Shown in pieces: positions 40,565-55,304 of a DNA stretch of 64,000 nucleotides (the stretch's first letter is position 1; each line of letters begins with the position of its first letter). The notes beneath the pieces were generated by a model. That model saw only the letters and a program-made list of their open reading frames with translations. It had not been told where the DNA came from and made no database searches. Made by a program: the position numbers and the translations under genes. Source of the DNA: the human T2T-CHM13v2.0 reference genome, Homo sapiens; the NCBI RefSeq assembly GCF_009914755.1, contig NC_060934.1; one strand, given 5' to 3'.

Positions 40565-40878
40565 TGTTTTTAGAGGGTGACAAATACAAAGTAAAAGGAA
40601 GATAAAAGGATCTACAAAGATTTCAGAGTATATGACCCAAAGAAGAAGAAGCTGAAAACCTACTTACTCGACATCTTCAAATATGTGAAGGCCAGTGAAA
40701 AACATAGAGTGGGAATCAGCTGTTACCAACTCTCCAGATATAAATTAAGATGTAATGGGCTTCAATTGCAGAGGGAATTTAAGTTTTTTTTAAGATCAAA
40801 TTCCTGACTGTGGGAATTATTACCAACTACAAGGGGCTAGCATTGCAATGGCTCTCCTGCCTGGAGTCTTGAAGAAAG
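40565..40878 (+). mobile_element. CR1/L3 3' fragment
   Basis: catcttcaaatatgtgaagg...aatgggcttcaattgcag...ttcctgactgtg...tctcctgcctggagtcttgaagaa. Confidence 0.55.
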
Positions 40879-40884
40879 TTACAT

Positions 40885-42470
40885 TTGCCTATTGTCATGT
40901 ACAGACCACCCCAGAACTTCATGGTGTAAAACAAGCACCGTTTTCTTCTGTTCTTGGATTCTGTGGGTCAGGAGTTCAGACAGGATACAGCAGGAATGGA
41001 TTGTCTCTGCTGTACAATGACTGCGAGACCCCAGCTGGGAAGACTAAAAAATCTAGGGGTAACTTACACAACGGGGCCAGAGTCATCTGTAGGTTTCTTT
41101 GCTCACATGTCAAACACCTGGGGTCATATTGGGCACCTCTCTCTATGGAGTGTCAAGACCTCACTGCACATGGTTTCTTAAACAGGGCAGCTCAGAGTAG
41201 CTAGACATGGTACGTGGTGGTTCAGGCCTCAAGAGCAAATGTGAAAGCCACATGGCCTTTTTCTTAAAAAAGAAATCATTTTCAAAAAAAAACATAAGGC
41301 TACTTTTGTTTTACCTTATTTTTTTAAAGAGTTTTATTGAGGTATCATTGATATACAAAGAACTGTGTATGTTAAATGTGTACAATTTGAGGAGTTTGAA
41401 CATATGCAAATACCCTTGGTACCATCACCACAAGCAAGGAAACAGGTATGTTTAACACTTTCCAAAGTTTTCTTTTGTTCCACCACTTTGTTTTTTTTTT
41501 TTTTTTTTGTGGTAAGAACACTTAACATGAGATTAGCTTTTTGATGAATCTTGAAATGTGTAATACCGTACCGTGAACTACAGATACTATGTTGTACAGC
41601 AGATCTCTAGAACTTATTCATTTAGCATAACTGAAACTTTATACTCATTGAACAACTCCCCATTTCCCTACCCTCTATCTTCTGGCAACTACAATTGTAT
41701 TCTCTGTTTCTATGGGTTTCACTATTTTAGATACCTCATGTAAGTGGAATCATGCAGTATTCATCCTTCTGTGACTGACCTATTTCACTTAGAATACCCA
41801 TTGTCCTCTGGGTTCAACCATATTTTCACAAATGGCAGAATTCCTTCCTTTTCAAAGACTCAATGCTATTCCACTGTACATATATACCATGTTTTCTGTA
41901 TCCATTTCTCTGTCATTGGGCCCTTGGGCTGTTTCTATTATCCTGGCTACTTTGAATAATGCTACAATCAACATAGAAGTGTAGCTATCTCTTTGATTTA
42001 CTGATTTCCATTCTTTGGGGTATATACCAAGCAGTGGAAATGCTGGATCATTTGGCAGTTCTATTTTTAATGTTTTGAGGAAGCTTCGTACTGTTTTCCA
42101 CAGTGGCTATGCCATTTTACATTCCCACCAACAGTGTACCAGCTCCAATTTTTCCACATACATACAAACGGCCAACAGGCATATGAAAAGATGTTCAATA
42201 TCATTAATTATTAGAGAAATGCAAATCGAAACTACCATGAGTTATCACCTCATCCCTGTTAGGATGGCTAGCATCAAAAAGCAAAAGATAACAGGTGTTG
42301 GCTGTGTGGGTTTTGATTGCTTTGCTTTGGAATTACATGGAGCCACTTCTGCTCAGCTAAGATGATGGAAGCAGCCACAGCCGTTTCCAGATTCAAAGGG
42401 AAGGGATGCTGATCTTACTTCTCAGTGCAAATCAAAAGAATTTGCAGCCACATTAAAAAAAAACCCCACA
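40885..42470 (-). mobile_element. MLT1F/G-like LTR split by L1 (pieces ~40885-41262 and ~42310-42470)
   Basis: gattctgtgggtcaggagttcagacagg in the first piece; cagattcaaagggaagggatg...aaagaatttgcagccac in the second. Confidence 0.7.
41325..42304 (-). mobile_element. L1MA9/L1MB-like element with a 5' inversion (42160-42304 on +)
   Basis: Antisense 3'UTR/ORF2 end up to 42159, then sense ORF2 ([36 protein letters not shown]). Confidence 0.88.
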
Positions 42471-42487
42471 AATTACTGAGTATAACT

Positions 42488-42605
42488 CATTTATTCATTC
42501 CACCAAGCAGCATTTATTAAACACGAGTACCAGGCTCTATGCTGGGAAAACCAAGAAGAATTCAGCATACTCCTGCCTGCCTTGAAGAGTTCATGGTCTG
42601 GTGTT
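42488..42605 (-). mobile_element. L2 3' tip
   Basis: tcatttattcattcc...catttattaaacac...cctgccttgaagagttcatggtctgg. Confidence 0.6.
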
Positions 42606-43611
42606 GCAGAGAATGTAGCCCAGAGTCACGGTCATATACCTGGAGAGAGACCCTGTGAAGCCCGTTCAGATTTTCCGCCACTGAGGTCCTCCTCTCTGGA
42701 ACTGAACACACCAGGGAAAAATTCCTACTCCTTCTGAATTCAACAAAACCAGTTAGCAACAAGTGGTTTTTCAATTTGTTTTTATTTCTACCCCTTGGCT
42801 TGCGCTTTCTGGATTGTGGGCACTGGGATTCCTAATCTTTGGCAGCGAGTCCCATTCTAAATGTAAACAGATGGAGAAAGCGCCAGCGTGGCCGAGTGTA
42901 ATACATTCTAATGCAGAAGCATGCTGACACTGTGGGCAAATGCAGCCGCATTAAACAACTGTGTTTGCTCAACCCTTTCCAGGAGGGCCCAGAAGTTTCA
43001 CATCAGGGAGATGCACAGCGAATGCCTCTCTCAGGGTCCACCCCGGAGAGGCTGGGCGGTACCATTTCAGTTCCGTAGACGTTGGAAGAGCAGCCTGTTT
43101 GTTTATGAGATTTCAGGGGGGATGTACCAGGTTAGCAGTGACTAACAGTGACTTTTAATCATTTCTTTTATATTCTCCAGCTTTTGAATTTTTCTCAGGG
43201 CAGACAATACAATTAAGCTACTTTAAACCAACCTCCTGCTGCTACCACCTAAAATAACTTCATGAGTGAAACAGTCCCCACTGCCAGGGTAACCACATTT
43301 CACTCAGAACCAGTCTTCTATTTGTTCTGCCTCTCCCATCCTGCCTCCCTTGGCACCATGAAGGGCCAAATGAGCTCGATCTACCCTCCAGCCCAGTAGC
43401 AAAGTTTTCTTTCCTTTGCTTTTCTTGGTCAGGGCTAGAGGAGGTAGCACCCCATCATGAGCACTGGAGAAGGTGCCCAGAAAATCACTTCTCCAACCAT
43501 ATCTCCCCCTGTGGCCTGAACAGAATGCTCAGCACCAATTGCCATTTTGATTATCTCTAGAAGGTTCAGTAAAACTCGAATGTTCTCTGCTTTAGTGTCT
43601 TAACTCATGAA

Positions 43612-43890
43612 TAATAATGACCATAATAATCAACATTTATTGGGCAATTAATTAGTGTGTGCCACCCACTTTGCTGATCTCTTTTCTTGCAATGTCTTCT
43701 AAAAGCCCTACTTTATGACTTACAACTTTACAAGTCAGTCACTATTATTATCCTCGTTTCATACATAGGGAAACTGAGACTTCTGGAGGCTAAATAGCTT
43801 GCCCCAGGTACACAGCAAGGATGGATCAGAGCCAGAATTTGAACCCAAGTCTATCTTACTCCAAAACTCTTATGTTAAAACACTGTACAG
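43612..43890 (-). mobile_element. MIR
   Basis: ttattatcctcgtttcatacatagggaaactgagac...cttgccccaggtacacagc...gaatttgaacccaagtct. Confidence 0.8.
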
Positions 43891-43946
43891 TTATACAGTT
43901 GGCAAATTGCAGGACTCTGGGAATTTGGGATACCTAACAATTAATT

Positions 43947-44277
<331 letters not shown>

Positions 44278-44659
44278 CTGACAATTATGTTTTGATGGCA
44301 GGTTCTGTGGGCAGAGAGAAAGAGGTCTTTCTTATGAAGAACACTCAGGACACTGAGAAGATGTGAAAATAAGGTTTTAGGGAATGAGAGATATAAATCT
44401 ATACATTCAGCATTTACTGAACACCTACTGTGTGTAGAGAATTATACAAAGTCTAGGAGCATAGGGTTAGTCTTTGGGTTAATGGCAAGAAGTCTAGAGG
44501 GAGCTTCCAGGCTGAGGCAGCAGTTACCTTCATATTGAAGTTGCCTTGTTTCCTGGCTTTCAGCTCACTGCATTTTCCTGCCACTGGCCAGAGCCAGCCC
44601 TGCTACTGATGGCTGGAACTGATATTGCCTGGCCAAATAAAACTAACAACTATTACACC

Positions 44660-45110
<451 letters not shown>

Positions 45111-45276
45111 TGTACGGAGCTCTGTATCTTTCTTTTGTTCAATTGAGATCATTCTGTTTTCCATTATTCCCATCACTATTTTCTACTTCTACAACAGGGA
45201 GTGAGTCTAGAGGAATTACTGCTATCAGGAGGTCAGGGATATCGTATGGGGACCAGCAAGGAGTGAACAAAAGTCA

Positions 45277-45573
45277 TTTTTTTTTTAAAGAGATGAGGTT
45301 TTGCTCTGTTGCACAGACTGGAGTAAGCTAATGAAATCATAGCTCGTTGCAGCCTCAAACTCTTGGGCTCAAGTGATTTTCCAGCCTCAGCCTCCCAAGT
45401 AGCTGGGACTATCGGTGTTTGCCACCATGTCCAGCTGATTTAAAAAGTTTTTTTGTAGAGATGGCATCTCGCTCTGTTGCCCTGGCTGGTCTTAAACTCC
45501 TGGTCTCAAGTGATTCTCCTGCCTCGGCCTCCCAAAACGTTGAGATTACAGGCATGAGCCACCTCAGCCAGAC
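45277..45573 (-). mobile_element. AluJ
   Basis: Antisense Alu; TSD agtcatttt/agtcacttt. Confidence 0.9.
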
Positions 45574-47281
45574 TAGGAGTCACTTTTGAGAGGCAAGAGG
45601 AAAACCTCTCGTTAGCCTCAGGAACACCAGTTGGGTGCTTTCCCCTCTGGGAAATCTAACTGCTGCATGTGGGTTAATCAAGCAGCCTTGAGGTCAGAGC
45701 CCTCTGGGGTTCGGCTATAGCCCCTACAGCCCAACCCTGCTCCCAATTACCCTGGCTTGGCCCTACATGTCACAGAAGATCCAAAGGTATCAGTTGTGCT
45801 TGTGTGTGATTATAGAAGGAACACACAAGTGGAAGAAAGTAAGGTGGGAAAGCTGGACCTCAGAGCCTACAGCAGCAAAATCCTCTGCAGGGTGGCTGTG
45901 GGGGCTTGGAAACTCACAAGAGCTCCCCAAGGGAGCAGCAGAAGATTTTCTGGTGACCTGACGGTCCTGGAGCAGCTGGGCTTCCTGGCTGTTGTCATCC
46001 CCTGGCTGTCCCTGATGGATAGGAAGTACTTGCCACCAAGTGAGCACTTAGTGCCGACTGAGAGAATCGATGGGAGAGAGGGGGCGTTGGAGGTGCCAGA
46101 GGAATCATAAATATTTTATACTGTTGAATCAAATGGAAAAGGCAAAGCTATTTCTTTTTCAAATGGAAGTGGTGGAGACTTCATTTCATTCAAGATTAAT
46201 AGTCACACTGCCCGGTAACCAGAGCAGAAGACAATGCCAAAAAGGAATGGCCAAGTTTGGGAGGCACAAAAATGAAAGCCCTCTCCAGGGCCAGAGAGGG
46301 GTGCTTCGTGCTAAACGCCACAGGCCATGAGGTCGGCTGATCAGCAGACATGTCTTCTTTTATACATTCCTAGAAAGTGTGTAAACTAGTGGGCATTGTT
46401 TTTAAAGCACCAGGAAGATTCAGGGAATGCCTACTAAGTTACTTGTATGATATGAATAATAATGCTCAAATAGAGTGTGTCACCTTGTGAGTGTGGATTT
46501 AACAATGAAATCAGACCTTAAGCCTGTAATGCTACGAACAGAGGAATTGTGAGGGGTGGTTTCTCTCTTCCCCTGCCCTTGGCCAGGGCCCATCACCCCT
46601 GGAATCACTACAGAGTGCTGAGTATCTAGGGTATTTGTTGAGATTGACAGGCGCGGATATCTCACTTCTTGCTTTGGGAATTTCCTTTCATGTTTAATAG
46701 CCTCTGAAGGCAAATGGAAGGTGATTTTCCAAGCCATTCCCTCTGCTTGACCTATTTCCAAAAGCTGTGTCCCTGCCTCCATTTCCTGCTCATTTCTATG
46801 AAAGGAGAATGTGGTCATGCTTCCGACTTCGCCCGTGCCCTACTTCTCTCTTGAGATCTGAGATATTCTTAGGAAGTCGGTTCAGAATTCATAGTCGGGG
46901 CAAGAGGTGGGTCAGCCAGTCCTTCTCAAGCCAGAGGAGAGTAGGGTGTAGCTGACCCTTCTGGAGTTTTCTCTGGGCTGAAAGCAGGCTTCCGGGAAAC
47001 ATGGCTCTTCTGCTCAGCCGTTCCCAAAAACGAGTGCATAGATCTGTGTTGGTCACATCCTGTGTGTGTGTCTGTTCTGCCCAGGCCGCATGAGGAATAG
47101 AAGATAAGCTCACATTTCCTGCCTGCCAGGGACTTAAAGACTTTCAAGTTGTCTCTTGTTCTCTGGGCTCTTAAGCTACACCCAGATCTCTGTAAACTTA
47201 TGCTCACTCTGGGGGAAGATGGGCTGCCTGGGCCTGCCCTTTGCAGCTCCAGAAAAGAGGACTGTCAATCAGATGACTCTT

Positions 47282-47412
47282 TAAAATAATTTTTTAAAAA
47301 AATATTTACTTATTTATTAGAGATGAGGTCTCAGCTCTGTTATCCAGGCTGCAGTGTGGTGGTAGTGGTGCAATCATAGCTCACTGCAGCCTCAAACTCC
47401 TGGGCTCAAGCA
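47282..47412 (-). mobile_element. Heavily 5'-truncated AluJ right-arm tip
   Basis: 17-bp TSD tcaatcagatgactctt (47265-47281) / tcagtcggatgactctt (47413-47429). Confidence 0.85.
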
Positions 47413-47871
47413 TCAGTCGGATGACTCTTGACCTCAGGGACAACATACTAGTTTGGGAGTCACAGAGGAGAAATAATTAGCAAGCAAAGCAAGACGGCAT
47501 GTTTTATTTCAGGGTTCCTCTTAACCATGATGCCCATCTCCCACACCCTCACCCCTGGCAGCCACCCTCAGCTAGATGCTCAAGGACTTTCTCTTTGCTA
47601 TTCATCCTCATTTCTAAACCATACATTTTACTCACCTACCCGCAGGAGAAATACCGTCTGTGGCCCCAGAGGAGGCGGGCAGCAGCAGGATATGGGAGGT
47701 TCTGCTGGGGACTGGTGCCACGTGCCCTCTGCCACCCCACCCCACTAGCTGATGCCACCCCATCACCCACAGCCTCTTTTAGTGCCTCTGAATCAGGCAC
47801 AGGCTTTTAGACAGTGCTGCGCATTCCCTCAAGTTCAGTAAGTCCAGGAAATCTTTACCATCCACAGCTCA

Positions 47872-48189
<318 letters not shown>

Positions 48190-48587
48190 GAAAACAAAAC
48201 AACATTACCCCCATGTTTTCCCCTTCCCTGCTAAAAACAAATCCAAAAATCCACACTCTATTCCAGGGAAATAAATGGACATTTAGGGTTAAGATACTGA
48301 AAAAGATAATGTTACCTTCCTCTCAGCTGCCTTATTTGGTTGTTTTAAGCTAAATGGAAGATTCTTGTTTAGAATCACAAAAAGAAATAATAACACCACG
48401 TGGACCTGGACGCAGACATCCTCCGCTTTGCTCCACAACCCTTCCACTGTGCTCCCTGCACTGGCGGGCAGGAATCCTGGGCGCTTACAATGCAGGGGAG
48501 CATGAGCGTTGGGAGGGGAGGGGGTCTCTGCCTCAAAAACCCAGTACATGGCAGCAGCAGTTCAGTTGTTTACAAAATAGGGACTGA

Positions 48588-48997
48588 TTCCCTTCCCTTC
48601 CCTTCCCTTCCCTTCCCTTCCCTTCCCTTCCCTTCCCTTCCCTTCCCTTGCGTTCTCTCCCCGCCCCTCCCCTCCCCCCCGCCCCCTCCCCTCCCTTCCC
48701 CCCTCCCCTCCCCTCCCCTTCCCCTTCTTTCCTTCCCCCTTCTTCCCTTCCCTCTCCTCACCCCTCCTCCCCTCCCCTCCCCCCTCCCCTCCCCTCCCCC
48801 TCCCTCCCCTACCCCCTTCCCTTCCCTCCCCTCCCCCTCCCTCCCCCACCCACTTCCCTTCCCCCCTCCCTCTCCCCTCCCCTCCCCTCCCATCCTCCCC
48901 TCCCCTCCTTTCCCACTCCTCTCCCCTCCACCCTCTTCCCCTCCCTTTCCTCCCTTTCCCTTTCTTTCCTCTCCTTTCCCTTCCTTCCCCTTCCTTC

Positions 48998-48998
<1 letters not shown>
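48588..48998 (+). repeat. ~410-bp polypyrimidine tract: (TTCCC)n followed by degenerate CCCCT/CCCT
   Basis: Read directly. It occupies the tail position of the adjacent antisense Alu. Confidence 0.95.
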
Positions 48999-49464
<466 letters not shown>

Positions 49465-51461
49465 TGAGTTTCATTGAAAAAGACCACGTGTGCACAGTGC
49501 CTGGGGCACGTGTGGTCCTCAGTTCCCGAGATTTCCCTTTCTACAAGAGCAGTGACCAAATTTTAGGCCTCTCCTTAAGGCACCTTCCAAGATGCAAGTC
49601 CCCACCTGGTGGCCAGTCAGGCCACATGGAAGTGCATGAGGGTGGGGACACAAAAGTATCCTACACTTGCAACTCTTTATTTTCACTTTCTGCACTTTTT
49701 TCTTTCATCTTCTCTTTTTTCTCTGGTTCTCTCCTTTCTCCTGCTAGCTCAATTTTCCCTCCCCAGGTTTTTGGAACCCAGAGATCTGGCTTTCTACTGT
49801 TTCACTTTGTGCCCTTAGAAAGGTCCCTTCACCCCCTTGGGGCTCTCTCCTCTTGAGGAGAGGGAGGAAGTTGGATTACAGTTTAGGAAGATGTGATTGG
49901 GGCTGATCTAGTTGAAATGATGACCGAGGGCTTGGAATTCCCTCCAAATGCTCTAGCCAGCCCACCCAGGGTGCTTTCTTTTTGATGGGGTCCCAGGGAC
50001 TTCTCAGCACTTCCACACCACCAAACTCTCTGATTGCTGAGTCGGCTCTAGTAAGTATTTTTCTTTTTCTCTTCTGCCCACACTTGGCAGTGTGGGGACA
50101 GAAGGAAAGAAGCTGGCGATCCCATGCCAAGCTGCTGAGGCAGTCTTTTCTCTAAAGTGGTCATGGAGTGTGTGTCATCCTCTGCAAGGCATGTATCTGC
50201 CAATGCAGGGGTGAGGCCTCGGCCACCTCCACCCTCTGCCGGAGCATTCAAACGTCTCCAACTACAGCCATTCCCCTGAATGGCTGCAGAGGTCAATGAA
50301 GTAACGTCTGAAAATGCTTGTGGGATCTTTGGGTTTCCAAAGCATTCTTCTTTCTAACTCTGGAATAAGGCTCTTCCTTAAAAATAGAAAGCCATCTGTG
50401 GGGTGAATTTTAATATACTGTGCACAATAATCCCATCCTCATGCTGTGGTTGTGTCCACAGTCCTGGGGCAGGGCCAACATGTGACCACTTAAATTATTT
50501 ATCAACAAATTTTTCTCCTCACGTCCACATGGATGTTGAAATGGTTTTCTAATTCATTTTTAAAATATGCTCTGGGTTCATGACCCCAGCTTCGGGGAAT
50601 CATGACATCCTCATCACTTGACAGTGCCAGCAATCAGTCAGCTCCAAAGAGCATGTGTACTTCAAAAAGACTGACTCAGCCCAGCCTTAGAGGATTCTCC
50701 TTTGGGGTGCAGGACTGGGTTCAAACTGAGTTTTCCAACACTGGGCGAGTTTCAGCAAAGTAGGGCTGGGATAATGGTGCGGCTCTTGTGATTAATCTAC
50801 TCCAGGAAAGGTTGAATGAGAAGTTAATGTGGATCCCCCAGAAGCTGCAGAGGGTTAAGAGCTTTTATTTTAGCGAGAATTTAAGATGCGAGGCCTGTCA
50901 GGTGCACGTGCCATCAAAAACATGACCTAATCCTATTGATTTTCTTTTAATGTTCACAGACTGGGAGCCCCGGGAGGGAGGCAGACAGCACCAATGCATT
51001 GCGCAAAATGTCTAGTTTTCAAACCATGTAAACTTGGTCTGGGAAAAGAGTGGGCTCTGTGGAATGTTGCTCCTTCAGCAGCTGATGTGAAGATGCTTAT
51101 GGTGACCACAAGCCAAGCCTCTGCAGGAGGTTATAGGAGCCCCAGCTCATATTAGGAATTCTAAATTCAGATAAAGCTGGATTATTAGATTGAACTCTAT
51201 GAAATTGTTCAATATTCAACCATCTTTTACCTATAAAAATGGCTGTTTCATATGGTTTGACATGCTGTGTATGCTTGAGACTTGACTGTGACCTTCTTAT
51301 CTCATGATGGCAAGAAAACCCCATGTGGAATTTAGGTGAAATCCTACTTGTCCTCCAAGGCCAGGTCTTGGGGGATTCATAGAGCATCCTAGGCTAACAT
51401 GACTTTAGGCCCGTGAAGCCACTCATGGTTTCTCACAACCCAATCAAAACTAATCTCCCCA

Positions 51462-51592
51462 GGCCAGATGTGGCAGCTCACTCCTTTACTCTCAGCATTT
51501 TGGGAGGCCGAGGCAGGAGGATTGCTTGAGGCCAGGCTTTCAAGACCAGTCTGGGCAACATAGCGAGATCCTATCTTTCTATAAATAAATAA
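51462..51592 (+). mobile_element. FLAM_C / Alu left monomer
   Basis: Single monomer with an A-rich tail. Confidence 0.85.
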
Positions 51593-51978
51593 GAATTAGT
51601 CTTCCTCACCCTGGCGTATTGACGATAGTTAGCTAACACTATTTATGAAATAGATACCTTTAGTTATAGCTATTGCTGTTCCTGAATGCCCTTTAAAATG
51701 ACAAATACTTTGAGGATGTGAGCCGTCATGGATATCTCTGTATCTCCCGGTGCCTTTTCACAGAGTAGGCATTCTTCATTGTTATTGCTTAACTACCTGA
51801 ATCTTGATACTTTTACTCAGTAGCAAAACGGATCATGACCAGTTGGCTCTTTTCAGAATTTATAATGGGGCTATAGCTTTTCCTTCATAGACCTTTAAAA
51901 AATTGATTACAGTCCTTTAAATTGGAGTTAAAAGATTGTTATCTTTTTCTTCTCATGAACCATATAACATTTCTATGA

Positions 51979-52668
<690 letters not shown>

Positions 52669-52844
52669 CTTTAGATCACAGCTGATCAGTTTCCCCAGTC
52701 TCACACTGCACTTAACTACAGTTTCTCCTTCTGTGTCCCCAGTAGGGGTGGCAGAAAGGGTCACAATGGGGCACAGAGGATGTTACAGTTACCTGAACAT
52801 GTGCGACTAGTCCACATGGGTGCACACTGTATATGACAGGAAGG

Positions 52845-53765
52845 CTTCAAGTTCAACCTGGGTTAAATGAAACATGCCATCATTCCATCTTTCTTTCCCG
52901 TGCCCTCTTCTGCCGACCTGCTCCCCTTCCTGGGTGTCTGGTTGCAGTGAGTGGCTCTGATGTTCTCCCAGATTACCAACCTCAAAGACCAGTACATCCC
53001 CTGCCCCACACTGTCCCCCACATCTGTCTGCTCTGTCTCTTTCCATTGTTACCACCACTGCCTAGGTTTCTAATTATCCACATTTCTTCTTTTTTTTTTT
53101 TTATTTAAGCAAGCATCTCACTCTGTTGCCTAGGATGAAGTGCAGTGGCACAATCACAGCTTACTGCAGCCTCAAAGCAATCCTCCCACCTCAGCCTCCC
53201 TAGTAGCTAGGACCACAGGCATGTGCCACCAGTTCAGCTATTTCTTTATTTTATTTTTTGTAGAGATGAGGTCTTGGTATGTTGCCCAGGATGGTCTCAA
53301 ACTCCTGGGCTCAAGCAATCCTCCTGCCTCCACCTCCCAAAGCGCTGAGATTATAGGCATGAGACACAGAGCCCAGCCACTGTCCGCATTTCTTTCCTGG
53401 CTTCCTTACTGGGTTCTCTACTTTCACTCTTGCCTTCTTCCTCTCTTCCACCAGCATAAGTTTTAGAAACTGCACTTCTGATCATGCTGCTCTGCTGCTT
53501 AAAATCCTTCATGCAGATCATGTAAGACCTTCCTGATCCAGTGCTGCCTTGCCCTCTAGAACCCAGGGTGCCTTTCTCCCCTCTGCAGTTCTACTGCGCC
53601 ACCTGCAGTTTCTCTCTCCTGTGTTCATGTGTCTACTCCCTCTGAATGGTAGGCTCACACCCTCCACCTGGCCAACTCTTACTAAATCTTGGGCTTCAAC
53701 TCAAGGATCACCTTCATGGTTCACTCCACCAGGCTGGGCTGTGTGTCCTGCCCAGTTCCTATAGT
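52845..53765 (+). mobile_element. L2 fragment split by an Alu
   Basis: tctgatcatgctgctctgctgcttaaaatccttca; taagaccttcctgatc; pyrimidine-rich L2-like sequence. Confidence 0.55.
53085..53378 (-). mobile_element. AluJ
   Basis: Antisense Alu; TSD tccacatttct/tccgcatttct. Confidence 0.9.
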
Positions 53766-53781
53766 GCCCTAACTCACTTTT

Positions 53782-54332
53782 TTAAAAAAATACTTTAAGT
53801 TCTGGGGTACATGTGCAGAACATGCAGGTTTGTTACATAGGTATACACTTGCCATGGTGGTTTGCTGAAGCCATCAATGTCATCTACATTAGGCATTTCT
53901 CCTAATGCTGTCCCTCCCCTAGCCTCCCACCCCCCAACAGGCCCCAGTGTGTGATGTTCCCCTTCCTGTGTCCATGTGTTCTCGTTGTTCAGCTTCCACT
54001 TATGAGTGAGAACATGCGGTGTTTGGTTTTCTGTTCCTGTGTTAGTTTGCTGAGAATGATGCTTTCCAGCTTCATCCATGTCCCTGCAAAGGACATGAAC
54101 TCATTCTTTTTTATGGCTGTCCATTATTCCATGGTGTATGTGTGCCACATTTTATTTATCCAGTCTATGATTGATGGACATTTAGGTTGGTTCCAAGTCT
54201 TTGTTATTGTGAACAGTGCTGCAGTAAACATAAGTGTGCATGTATCTTTACAGTAGAATGATTTATAATCCTTTGGGTATATACCCAGTGATAGGATTTC
54301 TGGGTCAAATGGTATTTCTGGTTCTAGATCCT
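53782..54332 (-). mobile_element. 5'-truncated L1PA (PA7/8-like)
   Basis: Antisense L1PA 3'UTR/ORF2 end; perfect TSD taactcactttt (53770-53781, 54333-54344). Confidence 0.93.
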
Positions 54333-55304
54333 TAACTCACTTTTAACAGAGCTATGGGGGCTTTCAGCTCAGCAGTGGCTCTTCTTAGCAGGGGACTGAA
54401 TGTGTTCCCTTTGCCAAAGCCTACTTTGCTTTGCTTATGTGATGCTACTTACAGGATTTCCAGATTGTTTTTGGTCTCTTCAACCATTTGCTTTCTTTGG
54501 ACAGGACAATGCCCAGTGATGAAGATGAAGCTCTTGTTCTTGACATCTAATCCCACACCATGACTAATAAACATGGCATGCTGCAATGGGCATTAATTTA
54601 TGGGTAACAGAAGCAGATCCAAGCCTTTTAGCTAATTAAATAAAAATGCACCATACAGCAACCATCCTGCCTGCTTGGGTGTAAAATAGAGAGGAGAAAG
54701 ATGGCATGCTGGTCATTGAGAGATAATTACCTGCAATTTCAGAGCTGGAATCTAGTGACAACATAAGAAAAATAATAACCTCTCTGGCTGTTAGGATTCT
54801 CAGTTCTAGCTGCGAGCAAGGAGCAAAGGCACCCACAGACTTGCCAAACCTATGTCAGGAATGACGAATAGAAGGCAGAAATCCACATCCCCAGGTGGTA
54901 AAATTGTTATCCACCTTCGTCACCTCTTTCCTAATGGAGGAAGTGAGGACAGGCAGCCTTGGAGTCCTACTTGAATGAGGCCTGGACCTTATGCAGGGTA
55001 ATAAAAACCAACACGTGGGGCCTGTGCTGTAAGGTGGCAGAGGGCGATGACTCACCCCACTCATGCAGGTTGAGTCATTTCAAGGCAGAGTTGTGCCAGT
55101 TCAGTACCCAGTAATATTTTCCAGTCGACGAGTATCAGTGAACAGGAGATAACCAGTCATTTCTAGATTCTGCTCAGAGTCCCAGCTTAGAGGCTCCACC
55201 AGCTCAAAGAGACGGGATGGCAAAACAGCCACCTTAATTTCCAGATCATCTGCCAGCTCATCTGCCAGCTGACACACAGCCCATGGCTCCACTATTGCCA
55301 GTGC

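Noticed and set aside
49598-49615. CTCF-like TGGCCACCAGGTGGGGAC on the minus strand
   Set aside because: Mismatch at the conserved GGC cytosine makes it weaker than the 37111 site.
55034-55078. Patchy resemblance to the 7SK 5' end (GAGGGCGAT, TCACCCCA, CAGGTTGA)
   Set aside because: It needs large gaps and has no downstream similarity, so it is probably chance.
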